From contig NC_085845.1 in the NCBI RefSeq assembly GCF_035594765.1, positions 70,364,024-70,428,023 of the forward strand: a DNA stretch of 64,000 nt, in the 5' to 3' direction. The notes under the pieces are model-generated. The model was given only the letters and a program-made list of their open reading frames with translations. It was not told the DNA's origin and ran no database searches. This DNA comes from Anolis carolinensis (taxonomy: Eukaryota). Position 1 is the first letter of the stretch. Each line of letters starts with the position of its first letter. Made by a program: the position numbers and the translations under genes. Positions 36,909-47,619 of the stretch are shown in pieces.

Positions 36909-39124
36909 ATCCGGTAAATCTCTTGAAAAGTCTTAATCAACTGGGCCTCCGAAAGCCAATCGGGTAAAACGACGACAGAAGTCTTGGGCTTCCTGGCCAG
37001 GAGCAGGTGTTGGATAATCTCCAAGGACAAGGTTCGGGCATGAGCCACTTGTTTTTGGGACTGGGCCACTCTCAGACCCGAGAGGACAGCCTTTAAAACA
37101 GGAAAGCTCTTCTCCAGGATCCCCCAAAGTCGATCCCTGTTGTACTTCTTGAAATTTGGTAGGCGGTCCTGAGATGCCGGCAAGGCCAGGTGGGCCACCG
37201 CAAAGCCCCACAGCTTTAAAGTGTCATGCCTATGAAAATCTTTGGGCAAAATGATGTTGGTCACTTTACCCCAGTTGGTGTGCAGGCACTCTGTCCAGGC
37301 AGCCATAATCTGCCTCTCTCGGGAAAGGGTCTTGATCTGGGATGTCTCAGAAAGCACGGCTTCCGAATCAGCCACTTCCTCCTCCGCCATGCTTTGGAAA
37401 TCGGTGTCATATTGTCGTTTTAAAAATTCTTTAGTCACCAGCTTTTCTGGGTCTTCTTGCCCACCATCTTTCTCTTTTCGCTCTTCCTCACTGCTGCTTT
37501 CTGTAGAGCTCTGCAGGGAAGAGACACCAGACAGCTCCACGCCGCTCTTTCTTGGTAACTGAAAAGAAAGCCCTTCCATTTTCTCCTCCTCATCTTCTTC
37601 TTCAATTTCGGATGCTGAGGTGGAATTAATGGGATCTGAAAGCCCTCTAGGAGCCCCTTTCTGTGTGTCTGTTGGATCTTGCCTTTGTATCTCCCGGGAC
37701 GTTTCCTTTCTTTTAGACAAGGAAATAAGGGACCTTTCCTCTTCCGAGTCTTGCCTTGTTTTTAAAGGGGAGCGGTCACGATCCTCATTCAATGTCTCAA
37801 CCTGCAAGGGAGTTCCCATTTGGGATTTTTGCTGCCTAAGTTTTCTTGCCAAGTCTTCTTTATGTCTTTTAAATTGATTCAGGAGGACAGATTCCCTTTC
37901 AATATATCCCTTTATGTCTTTTATGAGTTCTGTATTGAATGAAGAAATACATTTTCTCTTTTCCCAAAAAGAATTATAGTCTTCCAAGGATCGTTGTTGG
38001 GCTGCTTTCAAAAGAAGGTTTATGCCTTCCTGTTTTAACTCTTGAGTAAATTCTTTAATCTGGTCAATGCCCAATTCCACTATGCTCCTGCTTTTTCTTA
38101 AACTTGAATCTTTTTGTAAAAAGTCTCTGAAGCCTGTTGATTCAGTCTCACGATCAGATAAATCAAAGTCCTCAGGGATTAATTTTAAGGATTCCTGTAG
38201 TTTACTTATATCCAAATTAAATGTTTTATTTTCCATGTCCTCATAAAAGAAAGTTTGCAGAAATTGCTCTGCCTGGGCTTGAGTTTTCCTCTTCTCCTCC
38301 TCCTGCCCCCCTGTTTCCATGGTTACTGGGTGAGTCAAGAAAAGGGATTCTACTTTCGTTTTTGCTGCTTTTGTTTGCTTAATGGCTTTTGTAGCCCCCT
38401 TCTCCCTGCTTTTAGAGAAAAGTACTGGTGTTTTAAACATAACAGAAGTCTCTCCTTTATCAGAGTCAACATGTAAAGCCTTTTGCATTAAATCTACAGC
38501 CATTCCTTCTGTTTCTGTCCCAATATGGAGTGTTTGGGGCATGGCCTCTACTCCTGCTGCTTGGCTCCATGAGGGAAAAGTTTGTCTTTCAAGCATTTGC
38601 AAATATTCTCTTTTCCCCAGCTGGCTATTGCTGCTAGAATTAACATTCAAATCTTTATCTATAACATTTGGCTCATGTTTATCTTGAGTTTGCATCAAGT
38701 TTGATTTGTCTTTTAAAAATCTTTCCTTTCCTATTGTAGTCTGGGGTGTTTTCCCCCCCACTCCAGGCTTTCTTCCTTCTTCTAACAATTCAAACTCTTT
38801 TCTGAAAACTTTATCAACTACTTTGACACCTTGAGAAGTTACCCTTGGTGTCTCTTTTATTCTCAAACTGTTTTCTTTTACAGTTGCAGGTTTCAAAGTA
38901 CTCACAGACTGTGTGCAAGCTGCTGCTGGTGTTTCAGGAGTCTGAGCCTCCATTTTGTCCATAATGGCTGCAGGCTGGGAAGGGGGCTGTGTCTGAAAGC
39001 CCACAAAGTCCCCAAAATCATCCTTTTGGGGGTCCACACTTGCACCTCCTGATGCCAGAAAGGTTCCCATGCCCTCTCCAATCATTGGAGAGGCAGCATC
39101 TTCAGCGGGTTCCAAGTTATCCAC
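36809..39124 (-). CDS. extra upstream ORF of the Tx1 element (771 aa, unknown function; possibly an N-terminal extension of ORF1)
   Basis: 2.3-kb open frame inside the element boundaries; charged/coiled-coil-like middle, acidic Ser-rich block, Trp-containing helical-looking C-terminal ~170 aa; first ATG at 39085. Confidence 0.75.
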   Translation of the reverse strand: MDNLEPAEDAASPMIGEGMGTFLASGGASVDPQKDDFGDFVGFQTQPPSQPAAIMDKMEAQTPETPAAACTQSVSTLKPATVKENSLRIKETPRVTSQGVKVVDKVFRKEFELLEEGRKPGVGGKTPQTTIGKERFLKDKSNLMQTQDKHEPNVIDKDLNVNSSSNSQLGKREYLQMLERQTFPSWSQAAGVEAMPQTLHIGTETEGMAVDLMQKALHVDSDKGETSVMFKTPVLFSKSREKGATKAIKQTKAAKTKVESLFLTHPVTMETGGQEEEKRKTQAQAEQFLQTFFYEDMENKTFNLDISKLQESLKLIPEDFDLSDRETESTGFRDFLQKDSSLRKSRSIVELGIDQIKEFTQELKQEGINLLLKAAQQRSLEDYNSFWEKRKCISSFNTELIKDIKGYIERESVLLNQFKRHKEDLARKLRQQKSQMGTPLQVETLNEDRDRSPLKTRQDSEEERSLISLSKRKETSREIQRQDPTDTQKGAPRGLSDPINSTSASEIEEEDEEEKMEGLSFQLPRKSGVELSGVSSLQSSTESSSEEERKEKDGGQEDPEKLVTKEFLKRQYDTDFQSMAEEEVADSEAVLSETSQIKTLSRERQIMAAWTECLHTNWGKVTNIILPKDFHRHDTLKLWGFAVAHLALPASQDRLPNFKKYNRDRLWGILEKSFPVLKAVLSGLRVAQSQKQVAHARTLSLEIIQHLLLARKPKTSVVVLPDWLSEAQLIKTFQEIYRIWQCSLENQTPLVWAQVDNTSKIVSREALMEWL

Positions 39125-39176
39125 TGTTTTGCCACCAGCCTCTGAGGAGCTGCAGAAAGCGAAACTGCCTCCTCCA

Positions 39177-39263
39177 AGGGTTAGGGTTAGGGTTAGGGTT
39201 CAGTTAGGGTTAGCATTCAGTTAGGGTTAGCGTTAGGGTTAAGGTTTGTGTTGCATTAGGGTT
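39177..39263 (+). repeat. interstitial telomeric (TTAGGG)n-like tract, right part
   Basis: four perfect AGGGTT units (39177-39200), then degenerate variants. Confidence 0.92.
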
Positions 39264-40080
39264 AGGTAGACCACGGCCAAATTTAAGGCCAGGGGCATGA
39301 TATAAGTCTTCATGTACACAGCCTTTTGGTAATCATTTAGTCGCCATGGTTCCCATTTATCAAAATATTCTTTGATCTTTTTTAGTCAAAGATGCCAATT
39401 CTTTTCCCATCCAGAAGGTTTAATTGAAAACCTAAAATTTTACACTCCTCTAGTCTCTCTAGCCTCCGGTGGCTCAGTGTGTTAAAGCGCTGAGCTACTG
39501 AACTTGCAGACCGAAAAGTCCCAGGTTCAAACCCAGAGAGCGGAGTGAGCACCCGCTGTTAGCTCCAGTTCCTGCCAACCTAGCAGTTCGAAAATATGCA
39601 AAGGTACCGCGGGAAGGTAACGGCGGGAAGGTAACGGCGTTCCATACAGTCATGACCTTGGAGGTGTCTACGGACAACGGCAGCTCTTTGGCTTAGAAAT
39701 GGAGATGAGCACCAACCCCCCAGAGTCGGACACGACTGGACTTAACGTCAGGGGAAACCTAGTCTCTCTAGCACTTGGTTTTCTTGTCGAGTTTGTTTAC
39801 TTGTTGTTACCACCTCCACCGGAGATAAATACAAGGTTCCCTTTTCTCTAGCGAAAGAGATCAAACAGCTTTTCTGCAAATTAATCTGGATCCCAGAAAC
39901 TTACTGATATCCACCCAAGGCGGTCATGACTGAGGCTATCTCTTCCCGGTTATTGACAAAGAAGGAGGACGCATATTTAACTCATTTCACAGTAACATCT
40001 GCAAGGAGAGGCGTGATTCCAGCTCCGAGAGAGGGAATTTTCCTTAGCCTGGATCTGACAGAGAACCGTATCTAAAACTA
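39264..40080 (-). mobile_element. second, internal fragment of the same Tx1 family (RT region)
   Basis: collinear with ~31487-32032 with substitutions and deletions; interrupted by a SINE. Confidence 0.92.
39464..39758 (+). mobile_element. Sauria-type SINE inserted in the second Tx1 fragment
   Basis: 14-bp TSD CTAGTCTCTCTAGC (39450-39463, 39759-39772), present only once in the long Tx1 copy. Confidence 0.93.
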
Positions 40081-42503
40081 TCCATAATGTGTTGACATGA
40101 CAGTAAAAGTGGAATATAGCACTATAAGTGTATCATGTGAAAAAAATCCTGGTTAGTTCATTACTCACCTCATGCTTATTATGTTTGCCATATGTAAGCA
40201 ATCAGTAGAGAAACTCTTGTTTTAGTTCATGGCTAAAATCCGTTTTTACGCCAAACCAAAATATTTTCTGCATAGTAAGTCACCCCATATGCGAATTTCA
40301 CTCATCCAATTAGTCTGCTCTGATTGGGACCAGCAACATGATTTAAATCACTGTCACAAAATATCAATATGAAACTTATTATCAAATAACATCTTGCCAT
40401 TATGCCCACTGAAAAAACAAAACACACCTGAACATGAGCTTCCAACAACTGGATAGCTTTCCCATCCTCCTTCTTTTCTAAGAGCAATATTATCCAGCAA
40501 CCTCCTTCTCTACAAAGGTTTTGGTCCATGGTAACTTGGGCCAGGAAAGTTAGCCAACTGTGACTTTCTGCTTAATAACAAAAAGAACTGGGCAGTTCTC
40601 AAGTTCCAGTTATATGCACAAAGATTTAACAGGCATGATGTGGTTGGACTGGGCAATGGGAAGAAAAAGAAATGGCAGGTAGCCAAGTACAAATGCAACC
40701 ATTTCAAGACAGGTTAAATTGATGTGTGCTAGCATCAAACTCCTCCTCTGTTCTAAATAAACCACAATGTAAGCTGATGACAGGTATTTTTCAATCAAGA
40801 AAGGAAAGGAAGGACTAAATTGCAGGTAAAAGAGCAAAGTATGTATGCTGTTCCGATATTCTCAGGAGGAGAAATGTAATCAGTATCATCTTGCACAAGG
40901 ATATAAAAGCAGCTAAGATTGTTCATGTATTATTTTTCCCTGTGTATTTTAAGTCTCAGTGGGGCACTTCAAATCTTTAGTTACCCAATGATAACACAAG
41001 CCAAATGAACATCTGGGTAAAGGTAAAAAATGAGAGATGCACTAATCATTGATCATGTCGAAAATCTATAGGGTATGGGAGAGAAAAAATGGAACTATAA
41101 TTACTGCCCAAAAGAAACATCCTTTTACTTTTTACAATGCTATTGGACATTTGCAAAAACTCTATTACTATTTGCTCAGAATGGTCCTTTATCACTTTGT
41201 CTGGCACTTGCCCGGCATCTTGCAATTCCTGCCATCGTGCATCAATTTAAGCAAATAAATACAAATAGATTTACCACATTAAAATGCACATTGCTCAGTG
41301 AGTAGATACATGCCTAATACACAACTGAAATGCTGTTATCCATAGAGCAGGCTGAAACGGGTTTCATTATCTCCGCTCAAAAGAAACTCATATCTCAAAG
41401 AGCCACACCGAAGTCAGCTTGTTCTATAGAGAAGCTCAATTGAGGCTGTACAACTTTACTCCATTCAAAAAGGAAGAAAGGAAAGAGGCTGTATTTCTAG
41501 GTCAAGGTCAAAACCATGAGGAGAAGCCCTACAGAACTCATTGTAACTATCTGTGTCAGGCTAGGTCTGTATATACATAGTAAAACTTCATTCCCACTGC
41601 TGCTAATATCCAAGTTGAAAGATGTCAATTTGGAGATGAAGAGAATCCAGTGTCACTGGCAAAGTATGATTTTGTACAGGGATGAAAACTAAGTAAATCT
41701 TAGTACAAATCTTAGGGGAAAACATGCAACCATCATGAAATGTAAAATAGAAAGTGACCTCAGGTTTGCATGGAGAATTTGTTCAGACTCATGATGGCTC
41801 ATTAACCTTAAGACCATCAGTAACCTGAGAGAGAAGGCAACAAAAGAAGTGTGTTGCTTTTGTTAGGTTTCTTGAAGTAATTTTCTTTCAAAGGAATCTT
41901 CCCTCCACTAATCTCATACACGTTTAATGTCAAAAGCAGGTTTTCGCAAGTATAAAATGCATAGGACAAGTCCATTGGAATCTCACATAGACTATGGAGC
42001 TGGCAGTGGTACATCAAGATACAGTATTATTGTTTTACACTTTGAGCATGTTTACTCTAAAAGAACTCTCATTCAAAACAGAGCGCGTTTTTGATAGCAA
42101 CCTAAAAGCAAGAGATATGTACAAAGAGAACAAAGAGCTTGGCAGGGTTTAAATATTTCATTTGGTCTGTGGTTAGGGTCTTTGCAGTGTTTGGTTCCTA
42201 TATTTTTGTGTCTGAGATCTGAAAGGTACTTGCTTCTTTTGCTAAAGGGATTTAGCTAACTGGTAACATATCATTTGTGGGCAAAAGGCCTCGTGTTCAG
42301 TCCTTGACATCTTAAGGTCTAAGAAAGATGCTTGGCTGAAATCCTGGAGAGCTTCTGACATTCAGTATAGAAGAACTGAGCTAGATGAGCCAATGGTATG
42401 ATTTGGCATAGGAAGCTTTCTGTAATTCTTTATTGTTATTGTTTTTCCTATTGTATTCTGAGGCTAGATCTACACTGGTATATAATTCAGTTCAAAATAG
42501 ATA

Positions 42504-43261
42504 TGAGGGTTGAATGAGAAGTAATGCCTCCACCTTCGTTACTTGGGTTTGGATGGGAATATTTTAATAAATCAAATGCAGAAATAATCCTTAGAATGTG
42601 CTCTTTAACTACCACTATTCACTTTCCCACATAATCACCAGACAACTGGATACATTTCTGCCAATGATGAACAAGTTTTCTGAAGCCTTAACGGAAGAAG
42701 TTGACACTCTGTTTCCGCAACCAGCATTTTACAGTACCCATCGTGCACAGATCTTCTGATAGCCAAGCAAAGCAATAATGTGACCCACACGTTCTTGTGA
42801 AATGCCGATTATGCTTGAAATTTCTCTCTGAGTGATACGACAATGATCCTGAATCATTCTGTCAACCTTTTGCTTGTGAAACTCAGTGGTTTCTGTCACA
42901 GGACGTCCAAATCCTTGTTTGTCATGCAAGTCAGATGTTCCCACCTCAACAATGACGCACACTACTCACATCAAAACAATCACCAGAAACAGCTTGCATT
43001 CTCTGCATTCTCTCCTTTGGGGTGACACCTTCTGCTGTCAAGAATTCAATGACTGCACGTTGCTTAAGTCGCATTGACTGACCGTCTGCGCAGGGCTCCA
43101 TACTTTGCACTTTAACAATACAACCGTTCAATGTTAAGGCTTCCCGCCAAATGGAACTGTAGAGGAGAGTCTACTGAACAAGCCAGTACCTGACGCATAC
43201 CAGTACTGCCATTTGTTGAGGAGTTATGAAGGTGGATACATTACTTTTCATTCAATCCTTG
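42504..43261 (-). mobile_element. internally deleted Mariner element, inserted in a Harbinger-like MITE (42461-43296)
   Basis: TIRs TGAGGGTTGAATGA.AAGTAATG..TCCACCTTC with TA flanks; transposase remnants KQRAVIEFLTAEG, GRP, GISQERVGHII, KICARWV. Confidence 0.88.
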
Positions 43262-43446
43262 TAATCTAGATTGTATGTTACAGTGTAGATGGGGCCTAAA
43301 AGATAGCTCGTGGTGGTGTTATTCAGCCAGTGTGCACTGATTCACCAAACCACTTGCAGTGAAGATGGAAAAGAAAGTTTCATTTTGAGCAGCAGATACT
43401 TTGATTCATTCCCAGCTGCCCTCTCCAGCAACAGCAGCAAGCTACT

Positions 43447-43700
43447 GGTGCCCCAGGTGGCGTAATGGGTTAAACCCTTGTGCTGGCAGGACTGGTGACT
43501 GATAGGTCAGCGGTTCAAGTCTGGGGAGAGTAGGTGAGCTCCCTCTGTCAACTCCAGCTCCCCATGCAGGGACATGAGAGAAGCCCCCCACAGGATAGTA
43601 AAACATCAAAAACATCCAGGCGTCCCCTGGGCAACGTCAATTCTCTCACACCAGAAGCGACTTGCAGTTTCTCAAGTAGCTCCTGACACACACACAAAAA
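43447..43700 (+). mobile_element. tRNA-head SINE with GCAGTTTCTCAAG..CCTGACAC tail (third SINE family)
   Basis: A/B boxes; same tail as 47148-47435 and 54650-54920. Confidence 0.75.
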
Positions 43701-44387
43701 GCCATTCAATAGAGGCATTGTGGTAATTCCTGGCTTTATTGAAGCTTGTGAGCCACCTGAGAAGAGGAGAAAAAGGGGATGATCACTACTGCACAGATAG
43801 CCCCTATCAGGGAAGGAAAGACAGGAAAAGAAGAGAGAGTATGATAGGGAATGACAGAAATCCCTCCACTTTCCCTTTACTGCAACCAAGAATGCCTCCA
43901 CACTCTCTTCTCCAATAGATTTCTTCTTTCCATGCATGTTACATGGATGATTATTAGGATCATCACCATATGTGCATTGTAAGGGTGATGATGAACCATA
44001 TAGCATTACAATGTGTTTGGTTAACATGCACACATTTGAGAGGAAAATAAACAGAAGCAGTTGTTGATCATTTTGAATGATTGCAGTTCCAAAGAAAGCA
44101 CTCTTGATGCATGTGTGGCTGGAACAGGAAGAATGGCTTAGAACTTCCCATTTAAGCACTTATTACAATTTGCAAATGATTTGTGGGAGATAAGAATTAC
44201 TAGTACTGTACTCAATAGCCATGATATCAAATGGAAGAACAATGAAAAGATTACATGCCTCTGTTGAAGATAAACAGCCAAGAAAAGTCATTGTTCATAA
44301 AGCCCGTAAAGGTCTAGTTGGTCACTCTTAGAAACAGGAACATTGGATGAGATGGGTGCTGCTTAGCCTGATGCAACAAAGGAGCTC

Positions 44388-44430
44388 TTCCTCCTCCTCC
44401 TCCTCCTCCTCCTCCTCCTCCTCCTCCTCT
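44388..44430. repeat. (CCT)n microsatellite
   Basis: direct reading; explains the poly-Arg ORF. Confidence 0.9.
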
Positions 44431-45329
44431 TCCTTTTAATTTTCAGAAAAAATCCAAACTTTTTTCTATGCATAACAAGAGCTTCAATTTGTACATCAAA
44501 CAACCCTCTCACCCTCAATGTTACACAGCAGGGAGATTGCCAGCGTAAGCAAATTGTCACACTTCAGCTTGGGAGTGTTCCATCACATATGCTATGGGAC
44601 TGCAGAAATCCCTGGCAGAAAATGAAATGCCTGCATTCAGATAACTGCAGGTTTAGAATTCCCACATGTCTCCCATTCCAAAAGCAAAAGGTTCCTAGAA
44701 AATAAAAATCCTAACAGGGGGCAACGGGAATGTATCATTATGAAGCACATAATCATTATCAGATAGAAAACACAAAAAATGTGCTCTGCCTGTTCAAACA
44801 GAGAATTAGCGATGCACAGATATTATTTATATATCAGGAAGGAGACTGGTGCCAAATGACTCTTATTAGGCCTACTGCTAGAAGAGGAAATTATTCCCCA
44901 GAGAAAAGGGTTGAAAAATATGTTTCTTGAGTGCTGAGAAACCATGACAAAAAAAGAATCTTAGACTGACTAGAATCTTCATGGTTTAGGACATATTCTG
45001 CATAAAGTTAGAAAATTTGGCTCAGAAAGCAGCATTTTCTTCAAAGAAAATAATACTTCTGCATAGAGTTTATAATTTAAGACACTACAATTCACCAGAT
45101 GAGAATTCTAAATAACTATCTCAAAACTGCAAATCCCAGTATTATACAGGATGGAACTGTTGGAAAACATTCCCAACCAAGCTATTAGAGCAATGGGACT
45201 TTAGACAGTAAGGGTTTCCTACATGCCTCTACCCTCCATGTGTTGGTTCTAGAAGTTTTCCCATTTGCACAGCCACTCACTGTGGGGATGTTAAGAAATC
45301 ACACTGTGGGACCACAGAATCTTCTAGGT

Positions 45330-45932
45330 CAGTGGTCCATGGACCACCAGTGGTCCCTGAGAACTATGGTCCGTGGCCTCACCGTTACTATGCCATTGCA
45401 ACAAGAATGACTGGTCTCTCAAAACCCTCTTATAGTGCTGAGGCAATGGAGATGTTGGGAGCGGAGAGGCTGACCACCCACGAAAGGCACAACAGTAAGC
45501 CTCCTGACTGCTGCTTTTCCTCCTCCCCCTCCCTCTGAGCAGTGCCGTTCCATGTGGTGTCTGGAAGCAGTGACACCTTGGTGTCTTCGTTTTTAGGCCT
45601 GTTCCTGGGGTTATTTGGGGTGCTGATTCAGAAAATTGCATTGGAGAAACCATATCAGCAATAGATTATTGAATATGGTTTTCTGTGGGCGAGCAGATGG
45701 TGACTGCTGGATGGCATATGTGCTGTATGAGAAACTAGAGGTGAAGTGGTCTATCCAATGCCATTTTCTGAATCAGCACCCAAATAATCAAACCAAATCT
45801 GAAGTTGACTAAATACTGATTCATGACCCTTTCGGGACTAGTGTTGGAGAGTGGTCCCTGGGCAAAGTGGTCCCTGGTCAAAGTGGTTGCTGGTCAAGTG
45901 GTCCTTGGTCAAAAAAAGGTTGGGAACTACTG
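45330..45932. mobile_element. hAT-type non-autonomous DNA transposon
   Basis: right TIR AAGGTTGGGAACTACTG, subterminal GTGGTCC repeats at both ends, TTCTAG(GT/CA) flanks. Confidence 0.65.
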
Positions 45933-46852
45933 TTCTAGCATGGGTGCAAATACAGCTAGAACAGTAGTTCCCAACCTCCCTCTCCTTCTGATACTCTTCT
46001 TGAAATTTTCCTATAGTTGGCCAGGGTCTATATTTTTGAATATAAGATCCTTAGCTATGAACTTTCCATACTGCCTCTTCACCTTAGTTTTCTAAAACAA
46101 GGCTCAGAGATATTCAGCACTTCCATTTGTGAATTCCATTTGTGAAGGAGGTTGAGTTATACCAGGCTATCATCATTTCAAGGAAAAAGGGTTAATACCA
46201 CAAGAATTTATTTCTAATCTAATAGGAACCACAGCAGTTAAAGTCAAATCATACTGTTAGAACTGTGTGATGGAAAGAAACCTAAAAAGTAAAAATCCTG
46301 TAGAAACAGATGTTATTTAAGATAACTCCACAAATAGTGTATCACAGAGGTCAATTCTGGGGGTTACTAAAGCATGAATCACCCAGGATTGCTTTGTAGA
46401 ACCTTACTTCACATAGAAAACAAGTATAGGAAAAGTCCAAAGTGAGAAAAAGAGAACTCTGACATTCAATGATCTCTCCCTAATTAATTGACAGATCTGC
46501 CTGCAGTCAAGATGGGAGCAAAGCCAGGGCAAGCCAAAGAGACAAAAGAAAAGTCAGAAATTGGCATCATCTCGTGTCAATAAAAGGTTATGCCTCTTAT
46601 TATTTATAGTCTCATAGACAAGTAATCCTCACAAAGTGCATGCCGATAACACTCATACAACTGAATACCCTACAACAACTATCAAAAGCACTGGATGCAT
46701 GATCCTACATGAACCACCTAATTTCCCCAGGCACAGAACACTTCTAGAGATGGGTAAATTGAAAACATCCATACAGCTCAAAGCAAGATGTGTGAGAATG
46801 CCACAGGGCTGCAGGATCCACCGAATTGAGGTTTGCAGCCCTCTTAAATAGA

Positions 46853-46982
46853 NNNNNNNNNNNNNNNNNNNNNNNNNNNNNNNNNNNNNNNNNNNNNNNN
46901 NNNNNNNNNNNNNNNNNNNNNNNNNNNNNNNNNNNNNNNNNNNNNNNNNNNNNNNNNNNNNNNNNNNNNNNNNNNNNNNNNN
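46853..46982. other. assembly gap
   Basis: run of N. Confidence 1.
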
Positions 46983-47147
46983 TATCTGAGAAAGGAACAG
47001 CTCCTATAGAATTTGAGAGACTTTAGATTTCTAATGTTTATTTCTTTTAACCATATGGCCTCAGAAGTAGCAAGCTTCCCCTCAATGCATAGTGAACATG
47101 CACCAAAAGCATATTACAAAAAAGGAGCAATCAAGTGTATTGAATAC

Positions 47148-47435
47148 TTTTTTGTGTGTGTCAGGAGCAACTTGAGAAACTGCAAGTCGCTTCTGGTATG
47201 AGAGAAATACCATCTGCAAGAATGTTGCCCAGGGGACTTCAGGATGTTTTTTGATGTTTTTAATCATCCTTGTGGGAGGCTTCTCTCAAGTCCCCACATG
47301 GAGCTGGAGCTGACAGAGGGAGCTCATCCATGCTCTCCCCAGGTTGGATTTGAACCGACAACCTTCAGGTCAGCAACCCAACCTTCAAGTCGGCAGTCCT
47401 GCCAGCAAAAGGGTTTAACCCACTGTGCCACAGGG
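47148..47435 (-). mobile_element. SINE of the 43447-43700 family
   Basis: reverse-complement similarity including the GTCAGGAGCAACTTGAGAAACTGCAAG tail. Confidence 0.75.
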
Positions 47436-47619
47436 TAAGTAATTGAATCTACATTGATAGCTGCATTGGGCTTCCTGGGTCCTGAATGTTGAAAGTATGA
47501 TCACAGTATTAATGTGTCAGTAATAAGCAATTTTATCCAACAAAATGAGGCAAAGCAAAAGGGTGGGGTACTGGAAGAAAACTGGCCTCAAATTTTACAT
47601 TTACATACTTATAATAAAA

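Larger units (their letters stand above)
29122..39176 (-). mobile_element. Tx1-clade (L1 group) non-LTR retrotransposon inserted in telomeric repeats
   Basis: extra ORF + CCHC ORF1 + APE/RT/zf ORF2 on the minus strand; AATAAA (29165-29160) and A10 tail (29145-29136); TTAGGG repeats abut both ends. Confidence 0.92.

Noticed and set aside
36809-36932. programmed -1 frameshift between the extra ORF and ORF1
   Set aside because: I saw no convincing X XXY YYZ slippery heptamer in the overlap, and the copy has other mutational frameshifts.
34641-38687. several plus-strand ORFs over the Tx1 element
   Set aside because: They are antisense shadows of purine-rich coding sequence (Ser/Phe/Leu-rich).
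29031-39263. true chromosome end or end-to-end fusion site
   Set aside because: The tracts total only ~180 bp, are all in one orientation (no head-to-head TTAGGG/CCCTAA), and have ordinary DNA on both sides.
43548-44159. 203-aa ORF
   Set aside because: It has no recognisable motif, an alternative start codon, and it ends within an antisense SINE.
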